A stretch of 64,000 nucleotides of DNA from an uncultured bacterium (GCA_963845185.1 CAWJRG010000010.1:288001-352000); one strand, 5' to 3'. Numbered from the stretch's first letter, positions 19,605-30,216 are shown. Made by a program: numbers and translations. The notes: generated from the sequence alone by a model not told the origin.

Positions 19605-20528
19605 CTACTCCGCAGGCTTTTTTGACCATATATTCGCCAGTATTGAACCTGTAACAATACACCATACAGCGAACAAAGCGTTCGGCAGGGCTGATTGCGG
19701 GCCCAAGTATTTCAAAGCCAGCACAGCTCCGAGTCCAGCGTTATGCATGCCGACTTCCAGCGTCAGCGTACGTCGCATCTTTTCCTTAAACCTATAAAGC
19801 ATTCCAGCGGCGTATCCAATCACAAGCCCGAAAAAATTATGCAGGAAAACTGCCACAAAAATAATTATGTTCGCCTGCTGTAAATATTCCCTGTTAAGCG
19901 CCACCACCAGGCCGCAGATAAAAGCTATAAAGAGTGTTGAAATGGCCGGGAAGACCGCTTTTATTTTTTCAACCTGCTTTTTCATAAAATGCTTTATGGT
20001 AAATCCGACTAAAAGCGGCAATATCACCATCTGGATTATGCTGAAAAACATGGGCCAGAATGCCATTTTTATGTATGTACTCCCGTAGAAAAGCACAAGG
20101 GCGGGCGTGACAAAAGGCGCGAAAAAAGTTGTTGTGCTTGTAATCGCTATTGAGTAAGCCACGTCTGCTCCAGCAAGGTATGAAATTATGTTTGACGCCA
20201 TTGCGCCAGGCGCCGAGCCTGCAAGTATCAGGCCTATGGCGAGGTTAGGAGGCAGCTTCAAAGTTTTTGCGAAGAACCACCCCAAAAACGACATTACCCC
20301 AAACTGCGTCAGCGTGCCGAGCAGAACCACAAAAGGATTTTTTAAAAGCGGCCTAAAATCTTCAGGCGACATGACAAAGCCTATGCCGAGCATGGCAAAC
20401 ATGAAGAAATAGTCAAGGTATGGCCTTAATATGATAAGCGACTTAGGGAAAAGATATCCCGCAAAGCACACAAGCAATACCCAAACAACGAGAAACTTCG
20501 TAAACCAGCTACAGATTTTGTTAAACAT
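19605..20528 (-). CDS. Bile acid:sodium symporter family transporter
   Basis: Polytopic membrane protein; PGAMASN, EVGMHNAGLG. Confidence 0.88.
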   Translation of the reverse strand: MFNKICSWFTKFLVVWVLLVCFAGYLFPKSLIILRPYLDYFFMFAMLGIGFVMSPEDFRPLLKNPFVVLLGTLTQFGVMSFLGWFFAKTLKLPPNLAIGLILAGSAPGAMASNIISYLAGADVAYSIAITSTTTFFAPFVTPALVLFYGSTYIKMAFWPMFFSIIQMVILPLLVGFTIKHFMKKQVEKIKAVFPAISTLFIAFICGLVVALNREYLQQANIIIFVAVFLHNFFGLVIGYAAGMLYRFKEKMRRTLTLEVGMHNAGLGAVLALKYLGPQSALPNALFAVWCIVTGSILANIWSKKPAE

Positions 20529-20702
20529 TCGCAACCTCTATATGCCGTATAAAAAATATTTTTATTTAATTGCACTTCATTTTTCATTATCAGCCAAGTC
20601 TGAAAAAAAAGCAAGTCCAGGTTTGCATTTTTCAAATTGCTATAAAACTTGATCCCAGCCTTTCTTTTTGGCTTTATTTAAAGAATTTCGAGCATATAAA
20701 AT

Positions 20703-20737
20703 AAAAAAGCCCTCCCGGCTAAGGAAGGGCTTTTTTT
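20703..20737 (-). terminator. Rho-independent terminator
   Basis: GCCCTTCC/GGGAGGGC stem followed by T6 on the minus strand; T-tracts on both sides. Confidence 0.8.
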
Positions 20738-20923
20738 ACCGCCGCCGTTTGTTAGGTGTGAGCCACTTTTTCAAATGGCAAATGATATAAGGGGGTATAT
20801 CAAAAGGTGTGAGGCGGCGGTAAATTGTAAAACAGTCCAGGTCTTTTATGCCTCATTAATTGTTTGATATTTTCTTCATCTTTAAGCTTTATCAAATAGC
20901 TGTTATTCTCTTACTTAACTTAT
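20703..20923 (-). ncRNA. Candidate stand-alone structured small RNA (unknown family)
   Basis: Promoter at 20930-20958, 12-bp closing stem, GAAA-tetraloop hairpin, terminator, no ORF longer than about 18 codons. Confidence 0.6.
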
Positions 20924-20929
20924 GCTGAA

Positions 20930-20958
20930 AGTTTACCATACGTTTTGTAATCTGTCAA
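20930..20958 (-). promoter_or_regulatory. Sigma70-type promoter with extended -10
   Basis: TTGACA-17 nt-TAAACT with TG upstream of the -10. Confidence 0.7.
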
Positions 20959-21194
20959 GATATATTATAAAATATTTTCAATTAAAATATACAATAGATT
21001 TGCTGGTTTTTTTGTATGTTTTATTGTTATACGCATAATAATATGCAAAATAGGCTATAAGTTGTAAACAATTGAGCCATTAGGGACAATTATACCAACA
21101 ATTCATGATTAATATGAAACTCTTCGGTAATATCAAATGAGTCTTACATTGGACTGGTTTTATCGGACAGAAATGTTAAAATTGATATTTTAAA

Positions 21195-22916
21195 TTAGAA
21201 ACTTTTTTCTTCCTTTACTATTTGCACAATTTTATCAAACACTGTTGTCTTATCCATCAGTTCAAAATCCTTGTTCCTTCTCAGTTTTATTTCTACTTTC
21301 CCATCTTTGAAATTCTTTTCGCCAACTGTCACCCTTAACGGGAACCCTATCAAATCCGCGTCCTTGAATTTTGCGCCCGGGGATATGTCCCTGTCGTCTA
21401 TTATCACATCTATGCCTGCGCCCTTTAATTTCTCGTACAAGTCAAAAGAGTATTTTACGCCTTCTTCATATTTCATGTTTACAGGGGTTATTACAGCTTC
21501 ATACGGCGCTATTGCAAATGGCCATATTATCCCGTTTTCATCGTTATTCTGTTCGATCGCGGCAGCTACTATTCTGGTGATGCCTATGCCGTAACAGCCC
21601 ATTATAAATTCCTTTGGTTTTCCATCTTCATCAAGGAAAGTTGCCTTCATTGATTTGCTATATTTCGTGCCCAGGTAAAACACATGCCCGATCTCTATTC
21701 CCTTTTGTTCCGATAAAACACCGTTGCATTTCGGGCATCCGTCGCCTTTCTGTACTCTTATAATATCTGCTGTCATGTCCTCTTTAAAATCCCTGTTGCG
21801 GTTCACGCCAATATAATGATACTCATGTTCGTTACCGCCGCACACAATGTTTTTCATGGCTGCCACTGTGGTATCAATTATCAGCGTAATGCCTTTTTGC
21901 TTGATGTTTACCGGCCCTGCAAATCCTACAGGTGCGCCTGTTTGCGAAGTAATTTCTTCGGGCGTCGCAAGCCTTAACTCGGAAGCATTAAGCGCATTTT
22001 TTAATTTTATCTCGTTTATTTCCCTGTCGCCCCTCATCATTGCGGCAACCATTTTCCCGTCTGCAATATACAATATTGTCTTTGCGGTGTCCTCCGGCTT
22101 TTTATTAAGGAACCCTGCCAGTTCTTCAACTGTCCTGATGTTCGGGGTATGCACCTTTTCCATCTTTTCTTCAGGCGCGTCCCCGCCCTTATTTTCAATC
22201 TTTCCTGTTGCTTTTTCAACGTTTGCCGCGTAATCGCACTTTACGCAGTATACTATTGTCTCCTCGCCGGTATCGGCCAAAACCATAAATTCCGCAGAAG
22301 ATGTGCCGCCTATTGCTCCCGGATCAGCCTCGACCGGCCGGTACTTGAAGCCTATCCTCTTGCAGATTTTGTCGTAAGTTTCATACATTTTTTTGTAAGC
22401 AATAAGCGCGTTTGGTTCGTCACGGTCAAAAGAATAGGCGTCTTTCATTATAAATTCGCGTGCCCTCATGACGCCGAAGCGTGGCCTTATCTCGTCGCGG
22501 AATTTTACCTGAATCTGATACAGGTTTATTGGAAGCTGCTTATAGGAACTTACCTGCCTGCGTATTATGTCGGTGATTACTTCCTCATGCGTTGGGCCCA
22601 GAGCCCATTCCTTGTCATGCCTGTCTTTTAGCCGCATCATCTCGCTGCCGTAAAGGTTCCAGCGCCCGGTTTCCTGCCAAAGCTCCGATGGCGAGAGTAT
22701 CGGCATCAGGATTTCCTGCGCTCCTGCTTCATTCATTTCCTCCCTTATTATATTAATCACTTTCATTGTGGACTTCCAGCCTAAAGGAAGCAGGTCGTAA
22801 ATACCTGCACCGATTTTAATTATCAACCCTGCCCTGAGCATAAGCTTATGGCTTATAGTTTCAGCCTCTTTCGGTGTTTCCCTTATGGTATTGATAAACG
22901 CCTTTGTCCATCTCAT
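21195..22916 (-). CDS. proS: Proline--tRNA ligase (with editing insertion domain)
   Basis: LGPTHEE, KFRDEIRPRFG, GIEIGHVF, MGCYGIG. Confidence 0.97.
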   Translation of the reverse strand: MRWTKAFINTIRETPKEAETISHKLMLRAGLIIKIGAGIYDLLPLGWKSTMKVINIIREEMNEAGAQEILMPILSPSELWQETGRWNLYGSEMMRLKDRHDKEWALGPTHEEVITDIIRRQVSSYKQLPINLYQIQVKFRDEIRPRFGVMRAREFIMKDAYSFDRDEPNALIAYKKMYETYDKICKRIGFKYRPVEADPGAIGGTSSAEFMVLADTGEETIVYCVKCDYAANVEKATGKIENKGGDAPEEKMEKVHTPNIRTVEELAGFLNKKPEDTAKTILYIADGKMVAAMMRGDREINEIKLKNALNASELRLATPEEITSQTGAPVGFAGPVNIKQKGITLIIDTTVAAMKNIVCGGNEHEYHYIGVNRNRDFKEDMTADIIRVQKGDGCPKCNGVLSEQKGIEIGHVFYLGTKYSKSMKATFLDEDGKPKEFIMGCYGIGITRIVAAAIEQNNDENGIIWPFAIAPYEAVITPVNMKYEEGVKYSFDLYEKLKGAGIDVIIDDRDISPGAKFKDADLIGFPLRVTVGEKNFKDGKVEIKLRRNKDFELMDKTTVFDKIVQIVKEEKSF

Positions 22917-22966
22917 ATAATTTCCTCCTGGCATCTGTATTATATATTCATCTTCTGTTATAACTT

Positions 22967-23251
22967 TTAAGTTCCGGGAGGGAACATTAAATCCATGTCC
23001 CGCTTGACTCTTTCAGCTTTTTGTTCTTCGCCTTTATTTATGTATATTTGCTTTACGTGTTCGTATAATTCTTTGGCCTTCATTTTATCGCCAATTTCAT
23101 AATACGATTTTGCAAGCGGCTCAACTATATAAGGGTCTTCCGGAAATTCTTTTCTCAAATTTTCATATTCGCTGATTGCTTTTACCCAATTTTTTGTGCT
23201 TGTGTAAACCCTCGCGCACCGCACCAGCACTAGCTTTGTCTTGTCGTCCAA
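22967..23251 (-). CDS. Small TPR-like protein
   Basis: Helical TPR pattern (KAISEYE..P.D....LAKSYY..GD..KA). Confidence 0.7.
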   Translation of the reverse strand: MDDKTKLVLVRCARVYTSTKNWVKAISEYENLRKEFPEDPYIVEPLAKSYYEIGDKMKAKELYEHVKQIYINKGEEQKAERVKRDMDLMFPPGT

Positions 23252-23257
23252 AAATAT

Positions 23258-24331
23258 TCATCCCTTTCCATTTAAAAATCTTCCCAGTTCCATTTCAAAC
23301 TCCCGCAGCAAATTTTTTTTGCTTACCTTTTTTATTATAATGCCTTTTTTAAATATAACGCCTATTCCCCTGCCTCCAGCAATACCGATGTCAGCTTCTT
23401 TTGCCTCTCCCGGGCCGTTCACGCTGCAGCCCATTACCGCTATTTTTAAAGGTTTATCCAGTTTCATGGTTATTCTTTCGACCTTATGCGCAAGTTTTAT
23501 TACATCTATTTCTGTCCTCGCGCATGTAGGGCATGATATTATATCAACCCCTCTTTTGCGGAGATTAAGGTTATCAAGTATCCTGTAGGCAACATAAACT
23601 TCTTTTTCAGGAGCTGCCGTCAAAGAAACCCTTATGGTATCGCCAAGCCCTTCGTTGAGCAAAATGCCCAGCCCCATTGACGACTTTATTAGCCCGCCAA
23701 GCTCGGTGCCTGCCTCCGTGATGCCTATGTGCAGGGGGTAATCCCTGTATTCCGAGAATAATTCATATGCCGCAACTGTTGTAATTACATCCGATGCTTT
23801 AAGCGATATGACTATGTCAAAAAACTTTTGTTTCTCAAAAAAACCGATATATTCAAGCAGTGATGCCACCATTTTATTCGCTTTAATGTTTCCGCTTTTT
23901 TTGCCCGGCAGACGGCCGGCGGTTTCCTTCAGCGAGCCTGAATTAACGCCTATTCTTATCGGGATTTTTCTTTTCTTGGCTTCTTGTATTATTGCCTTTA
24001 CTTTTTCTTCCGACCCTATATTTCCCGGGTTTATCCTTATTTTATCAGCGCCAGCCCTGACAGATTCAATGGCAAGCCTGTAATCATAATGAATGTCTGC
24101 AACAAGCGGTATTTTAATCTTTCTTTTTATTTCGCCAATGGCTTTTGCGGAGTCCATATCAGGTACCCCTACCCTGATAATTTCGCATCCCACGGCTTCC
24201 AGTCCTTTAATCTGCCCTATTGTTGCCTTTACATTCTTGGTCCTTGTACTTGTCATGGACTGCACCCGTATGGGATTGCCTCCGCCTATGATTAAATTGC
24301 CTATTTTAACTTTTCTGGTTGCCACGTTCAT
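23258..24331 (-). CDS. ispG: HMBPP synthase
   Basis: VQSMT, RINPGNIG, GDTIRVSLT, CPTCAR, GCSVNGPGE. Confidence 0.97.
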   Translation of the reverse strand: MNVATRKVKIGNLIIGGGNPIRVQSMTSTRTKNVKATIGQIKGLEAVGCEIIRVGVPDMDSAKAIGEIKRKIKIPLVADIHYDYRLAIESVRAGADKIRINPGNIGSEEKVKAIIQEAKKRKIPIRIGVNSGSLKETAGRLPGKKSGNIKANKMVASLLEYIGFFEKQKFFDIVISLKASDVITTVAAYELFSEYRDYPLHIGITEAGTELGGLIKSSMGLGILLNEGLGDTIRVSLTAAPEKEVYVAYRILDNLNLRKRGVDIISCPTCARTEIDVIKLAHKVERITMKLDKPLKIAVMGCSVNGPGEAKEADIGIAGGRGIGVIFKKGIIIKKVSKKNLLREFEMELGRFLNGKG

Positions 24332-25389
24332 CCGCCTTTGATTATCCTCATAATGTCGTTATATGTGACAAAAATAATCAGGGTTATTATAAGCGCCCAT
24401 CCGAACTGCGCGAGCGCCTCCTGGACCTTCAGGCTCATTCTTTTTTTTGTAATAAACTCTATGAGAAAAATAAATACAAGGCCTCCGTCAAACGGAATAA
24501 TGGGAAGCAGGTTAAACAAAGCCAGGTTAATATTTATAATTGCGATAAGCATTAAAAGATTTAAAATCCCTGTTTTCGCGACTTTCCATGTAATCTGCGC
24601 AACGCCTATTGGCCCTGCAATATCCGGAGCAATTTTTCTTGTTATCATTTTATAAACGCCCTTGACTGTTAAAACCGTAAAAAACCAGGTTTGCTGGATT
24701 GCCCGGTTGCCGGCATCAATAATTCCTATTTTTTCCACTATAACATCCTGCTCGGACGGCATTATACCGATAAATGCCCTGTCTTTTTTGTCTTTTATCA
24801 CGTCTTCCACTTCTTCAATCTTCGGTGTTATTTTGAAATTCATGGTCTTGCCCGTCCTTTTTATAGTAATTAGAAGCGGGGCTCCTGTGCTTTTTGTTAT
24901 TGCGTCTGTCAATTCGTCCCAGTATTTGATTTTATTGCCGTTTACTTCAATTATCTCGTCTCCCTTTTTCAGCCCTGAAGTTTCCGCAGGGTATCCTTTT
25001 TTTAATTCACCTACAACAGGCTTTAAATTCGGTATTCCCGAAATAAAAACAATCCACATTAAAATTATCGCAAGCAAATAATTCTGGACCACTCCGGCAC
25101 AGCCAACGGCTATTTTCTTATAGGCAGGTTGGTTTAAAAAAGCACCTTCCCCGACTTTCTCAGCTTCTTCAGGCAGTTCGCCGGCAAGCTTGACATACCC
25201 GCCCAAAAACACAAGCAGGGATATGATATATTCGGTCTCATTGCGCTTAAATCCGAAAATTTTCGGGCCCCACCCTATTGAAAAGCTCTCAACTTTGATT
25301 CCCAGCCTTTTTGCCACAACAAAATGCCCAAACTCGTGAACGAATATGGTTAAACCGAGGGTTATTATTATATAAATTATTTCAAGCAT
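24328..25389 (-). CDS. rseP: RIP metalloprotease RseP
   Basis: HEFGH, PDZ domain, NLLPIIPFDGG. Confidence 0.95.
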   Translation of the reverse strand: MLEIIYIIITLGLTIFVHEFGHFVVAKRLGIKVESFSIGWGPKIFGFKRNETEYIISLLVFLGGYVKLAGELPEEAEKVGEGAFLNQPAYKKIAVGCAGVVQNYLLAIILMWIVFISGIPNLKPVVGELKKGYPAETSGLKKGDEIIEVNGNKIKYWDELTDAITKSTGAPLLITIKRTGKTMNFKITPKIEEVEDVIKDKKDRAFIGIMPSEQDVIVEKIGIIDAGNRAIQQTWFFTVLTVKGVYKMITRKIAPDIAGPIGVAQITWKVAKTGILNLLMLIAIININLALFNLLPIIPFDGGLVFIFLIEFITKKRMSLKVQEALAQFGWALIITLIIFVTYNDIMRIIKGG

Positions 25390-26530
25390 TTATTATGTCC
25401 TCCGTAAATTTTCTCGTTATTTTGTCAGCCGCCATTATATCATTTAAACTCGCATTTTTAACAGTTTTGTGCATTTTCATAGCTTTCTCTATATAATAAG
25501 GTATTTTATCAAAGGAAATCCTTTCTGCCAGAAAATTTTTCACTGCAACTTCGTTTGCCGCGTTCATGCACGCGGGCATTGTGCCTCCTGTTTTTCCAGC
25601 GCGAATAGCAAGGCCGAACGCCCTGAACTTCTTTAAATCAACAGGATGGAATTCAAGTTTTTTCAGCTCAGTTAACTTTAGCGGCTTGATGACGCCGTGT
25701 TTTCTTTCCGGGTAAGTGAGGGCATACATAATCGGCAAACGCATATCCGGGTTTGACATCTGCGCTATCACCGAACCGTCTATGTATTCAACCATTGAAT
25801 GTATTATGCTTTGCGGGTGGATTACAACATTGATTTTTTCATACGGTATGTTAAAAAGATAATGCGCTTCTATTACTTCGAGGCCTTTGTTCATGAGAGT
25901 GCCGGAATCTATGGTTATCTTTCTTCCCATTTTCCATGTCGGGTGGATAAGGGCCTGTTTAACCGTGACTTTTTTTAGCTGTTCCGCAGGATAATTTATA
26001 AATGCCCCGCCCGAGGCTGTGATAATAAGCCTTTTCACCTGTTCTATCTTATTCCCCTGCAGGCACTGGAATATGGCGCTGTGCTCGCTGTCAATCGGTA
26101 TTATTTCAGCTCCGTACTTTTTTAATGCAGATTTTATGATATCTCCTGCTATAATCAGTGACTCTTTGTTGGCGAGCGCGATTTTTTTGCCTGCCTTTAT
26201 CGCTGCCATGAGCGGCGTTATTCCTGCCGCGCCGACAACGCTTATAAGCACTATATCAGCTTCTTTCAGTGAAGATATTTCAGCGAACCCCTGAAAACCG
26301 GTCAATACTTTTGTCCTGTCACAGGCATTCTTAAGCTCTTTTTCTTTTGTTTTATCAAGTATCGCCACGTATTTTGGACAATACTTTTTCATTTGTTTTT
26401 TCAGTTCTCTGGCATTATCATTCGCGGAAATTGCCAGGACTTTGTAATCTTTAAGTACCTTGTCAAAAAGGTTAAGTGCTGATTTGCCTATGGATCCCGT
26501 GGAGCCTATTATGACCACTTTTTTTGCCAT
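25382..26530 (-). CDS. dxr: 1-deoxy-D-xylulose-5-phosphate reductoisomerase
   Basis: GSTGSIG, LANKES, PIDSEH, NKGLEVIEAH; start is ATG at 26530 (the upstream ORF extension reads through a palindrome). Confidence 0.97.
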   Translation of the reverse strand: MAKKVVIIGSTGSIGKSALNLFDKVLKDYKVLAISANDNARELKKQMKKYCPKYVAILDKTKEKELKNACDRTKVLTGFQGFAEISSLKEADIVLISVVGAAGITPLMAAIKAGKKIALANKESLIIAGDIIKSALKKYGAEIIPIDSEHSAIFQCLQGNKIEQVKRLIITASGGAFINYPAEQLKKVTVKQALIHPTWKMGRKITIDSGTLMNKGLEVIEAHYLFNIPYEKINVVIHPQSIIHSMVEYIDGSVIAQMSNPDMRLPIMYALTYPERKHGVIKPLKLTELKKLEFHPVDLKKFRAFGLAIRAGKTGGTMPACMNAANEVAVKNFLAERISFDKIPYYIEKAMKMHKTVKNASLNDIMAADKITRKFTEDIINA

Positions 26531-26974
26531 TGTTTCCCTCGTAAATACTGAATTACCTCCGGCTTTGTTGGAGGGTTTAAAAACTTCCCCTTCCCCCTCG
26601 ACGGGGGAAGGATTAAATATTCCAGCGGAATATTTAATGGCGATAGTCAATAAAATTTATAATCAAGCATTCCTCGCCAGGAACGGGATGAGGGTGAAGT
26701 AGCGGCTGATTCCGTATCATTTCACGCCAACATCAGACCTCAAAACTTATTTTATTTAGTAGGGATTTAAAGTTTAACTTTTTTGTAAAACATGTGGATA
26801 AATTATAACACAAAACCCGGAAAATCATCTGTAAAATAATGTAAAAGAAGTTTTCGATGCAGAATATAAGGATATTGAAAGTCCACGAAGCGACAAAGAG
26901 AAATGGGGAACGAGGAAAAATTAAAAAGTGCAAAAATTTTAACTTAATAAAACCAAATCAGTTATTTTTTTTTA

Positions 26975-27235
26975 TTAATGGATTATGATTTTTGACTTTA
27001 TTCTTTCTTTTATCTTTGAATATTTTTTATCTGCATACTCACAACTATAAGCAAATATAGTGTACAGGACTGAAAGTGACATCAAGATTGACATTATTGT
27101 ACATAAATAAAATAAAAACCGCAATTCACTAAAATAATATTCAGATATTCCCATGCCAATCAAGCTGATCATCCAAACCAAAACGTTTTGATTAATGTAG
27201 TGCTTATCAATTTCGTCTGCAAGTTTACTCATCAT
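26975..27235 (-). CDS. Small membrane hypothetical protein
   Basis: 86 aa, two hydrophobic segments, ATGA overlap with the upstream remnant. Confidence 0.55.
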   Translation of the reverse strand: MMSKLADEIDKHYINQNVLVWMISLIGMGISEYYFSELRFLFYLCTIMSILMSLSVLYTIFAYSCEYADKKYSKIKERIKSKIIIH

Positions 27236-27385
27236 TTTTCATCATCTTCCTTCTTTTTCGGCTTGTTCCAGTAGGGACTCTTGCTTGGGGCAAATTATTG
27301 GGACTTCATCCTTGTTTCTAGACACCCTTATATGATTGTAGCGTTAACACTTGAACCCATTTATCGCAATCCTAATCCTTGCCAT
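27232..27385 (-). pseudogene. Degraded small zinc-ribbon protein gene
   Basis: MARIRIAINGFKC*RYNH...PIICPK, then frameshift to KSPYWNKPKKKEDDEK*. Confidence 0.55.
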
Positions 27386-27761
27386 AATAATACCCACGTT
27401 ATTAAACATATTTAAACTGGTATTCGTAATATCAAAATCAACCAGCCTGTTTTCATCATTAATTTTATCCCAAAAGGTATTTAAGTCAAGAAAATATATT
27501 TAATCTTTATAATTTTTATTACTATATTTTTCATTTAGCATTTTTAGAGGTTTCTTTAAATATCTGACCAATTTGCTCCTTCATATGGAGTTCCTGGAAA
27601 GCCCATATCAGCAGCGCCATTGTTTTTCAGCATAAGCAAAAATACTGAAACAAAATAAAAAGATTATTACAGGTAAAAGTTTTTTCATAAAAGCCTCCCT
27701 TGGTGGTGCGTATTCAATTTCTCTTTACTTACTTCCTTATTTTTCGGCAAAGCAGTTAAAA

Positions 27762-28799
27762 TCAATCCATTCTATTCATATTTGAAGAAATGTTTCCGAT
27801 AAAAAATATATTATATATAATTTGAATTGAGCAAAGAAGGGTATAGAGACCAGATCTTATTTGCAATGACGAAAATAAAAATAGCAATGATACTATTGCT
27901 GTACAAGCGTTAATAATTATAGCAAAATACGCCGCCCATTTTTTCATCATTAATAATCCAATAATCGGAATTAAACCCAATAATGATCCTAATAAACCAT
28001 ACGGAAAAGCCAAAATAGCCAATATAAACAAATTTATAATTCCTAAAACACAAAATAACGTGATAATAAACGGACGTTCAACACTCTTAGATATTGTTTC
28101 TTTTTTTTGGGCCGCAGCCAATGATTTATCTAATATTTCTCCACAATGTTTACATTTTATAGCTTCATAAAGTATTTCTTCAGCACAATAAGGACACTTT
28201 TTTGTTTTTGAGTGAAAAGTTTCAAAATTGTCATTAGCAATATCTTCTTCAGTAGACTCCGCGTTATATTCAGGTTTTTCATATGACTTGCTATAAGCTG
28301 TTTCCAGTATCCCTTCCTTATAAATCTCAACTTTTTCAATGGTTCCGTCTTCATAATACCAAGTACTTTTTCCATCGGGCTTATCATTTTTATATTCTTG
28401 TGTTGATTCAATTTTTCCTGATTTATAATACGTTTTGCTTACTCCAGATTCACAATTATTTACAAACTGTTCTTCGTGAAATAAATATCCTTCATTATGA
28501 TACAATTTAAAAATGCCGTTTAGTATTTCCCCTTTTTTTTCCACAATTTTATCTCCGTCATAAATCCAACGCGCTATTTCTTTTGTGCCTAAATAAAATA
28601 CCCGTGTTTCGGTATCAGACCATTTAGAAATTTTTTCATCTTTAGATGGTTTTATACCGGATATATTTTTTATTGTGTCTTGGCGTTTTACTACATTATT
28701 AGGTTCGTTTTTTGTTGTGCTTTTTAAAAATTCCCCACAATATCGGCACTTTATCGCGTCATCCTGTATTTCTTCGGCACAATAAGGGCATTTTTTCAT
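27762..28799 (-). CDS. Double zinc-ribbon plus MORN-variant repeat membrane protein
   Basis: Two [17 protein letters not shown] motifs, G..K.YY..G.I repeats, C-terminal hydrophobic helices. Confidence 0.8.
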   Translation of the reverse strand: MKKCPYCAEEIQDDAIKCRYCGEFLKSTTKNEPNNVVKRQDTIKNISGIKPSKDEKISKWSDTETRVFYLGTKEIARWIYDGDKIVEKKGEILNGIFKLYHNEGYLFHEEQFVNNCESGVSKTYYKSGKIESTQEYKNDKPDGKSTWYYEDGTIEKVEIYKEGILETAYSKSYEKPEYNAESTEEDIANDNFETFHSKTKKCPYCAEEILYEAIKCKHCGEILDKSLAAAQKKETISKSVERPFIITLFCVLGIINLFILAILAFPYGLLGSLLGLIPIIGLLMMKKWAAYFAIIINACTAIVSLLFLFSSLQIRSGLYTLLCSIQIIYNIFFIGNISSNMNRMD

Positions 28800-28936
28800 T
28801 GCCGCCTCCTGAAATTAGAATCAATTTTCAAGTGTAATTATATTCCCTGTTTACGGCTTTGTCAATAACGGCTACCTTCAAAAACCTCTTTCCTTCCCGC
28901 GTTTTTATCGTATGCAACCCTTCGTACATCTTTTTC

Positions 28937-30216
28937 CTACCTTTTTTTCATCCAATTTTTCACCATCTTCACACCCTGTTTAAACACTGCATGCCCTATC
29001 TTGCCAAAAAGTGACTTTGGCACATGGTTTTCCGCTTGCGTTATAATGTTCTTCACCAGTTCAAAGCCGGGATTTTTCTCTGTTTCTGGTCTCTGGTCTC
29101 TTGTTTCTGGTTGGGTATTACCTTGAGACTTGAAACCAGAAACCAGAGACTTGTTTTCCTTGTCATCACTTACCCCTTCCCCCTTACCACTTACCACCTC
29201 CCCCGCTCTTATCTGCTCATACAGTCCCGGCAAATCTGCAAGATACGGATTTTCGTCCAATTTACTGCCCTTATTCTTTAATCCCCATATTGCCCCTGCC
29301 GCGCCAAGCGCTGCCGCTGCGCCGCTGTCCTCGTCCGCTATTATAATATGAACACTGCCCTTAGCCGGCGTTTTTATCTGAAAATACCCTGTATCCTTCA
29401 ACTCCTGCCACAGCTTGGCATACGGCCCGTCCTGCCCTGAGCTTCCATCCTGAGCTTGTCGAAGGGCTGCCAAAGAGACCCCCTCTCCCGCAGGGGGCGA
29501 GGGGTGTGTTTTGCTGCCATCCCCGAAGGATTCCGGCGTATTGTCTGCTTTTATCCATTCAGCCAGCTTTTTGGCCTGCTTTTCAGTCATTTTCCCGGCT
29601 ATAAGCACCTTTATTGCCTTTTCCATCTTATCAACGTCGTCCGGATAACCATTCGCAAGCCCGGTTAGGGCAATTACGACAGACTCAGGTATCTTCCAGG
29701 CTGTGGATAACTCCGGATTCCGGAGTTGTCCACATATTTGCTCTCTTGCCGCTGTATTCAACAGCCTCATTACCTTTGCCACATTCCCCACATATTGAAA
29801 CCTTATTTGGAGCTTATCCGCGACTTCCTGGTTGTTGAGGTCAGGGCATAAAGCCATGTATTTTTCAATACCCAGGTAGTTGTCAAACCAGTTTGGCGGC
29901 TCCGCCTTATTGCCCATAATCAACTCCAGCATCTCATCTGCCGGGCTGAGGCCCTTTACAACAACCGCCTCTATTTCGGTCCAGTTGTTCTGCTTTGCGC
30001 CTGCGTACCTGTATGCCCGCATAGGATGTAATAGTTGATTCCCTGCCCCGACAGGCCGTCGCCGGCCTTTCTCTCGTCCGTCAAAAGCACCAGCTTGACA
30101 GGGTTAAGCAGCCCGTCCTTATCCATGGACTTTGCGACAGCGTCCACAATATCCTGTTGCAGGAAGCTCCTCGGGTTGTTTGGATGCGGCTTGATCTCGG
30201 AAATAGGTATCTTCAT
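28937..30216 (-). pseudogene. ParB/Srx N-terminal domain protein, frameshifted near 30011
   Basis: MKIPISEIKPHPNNPR..GLLNPV..ILCGHT continues as RYAGAK..EIEAVV in another frame; one extra base restores GHTR. Confidence 0.75.

Noticed and set aside
26531..26650. 40-aa N-terminal extension of Dxr
   Set aside because: It translates an intergenic palindrome; ATG 26530 has an RBS and matches the family start.
26793..26801. oriC, suggested by a DnaA box (TGTGGATAA) and parAB in the window
   Set aside because: Only isolated boxes, no cluster, no dnaA/dnaN/gidA, and no parS palindrome noticed.
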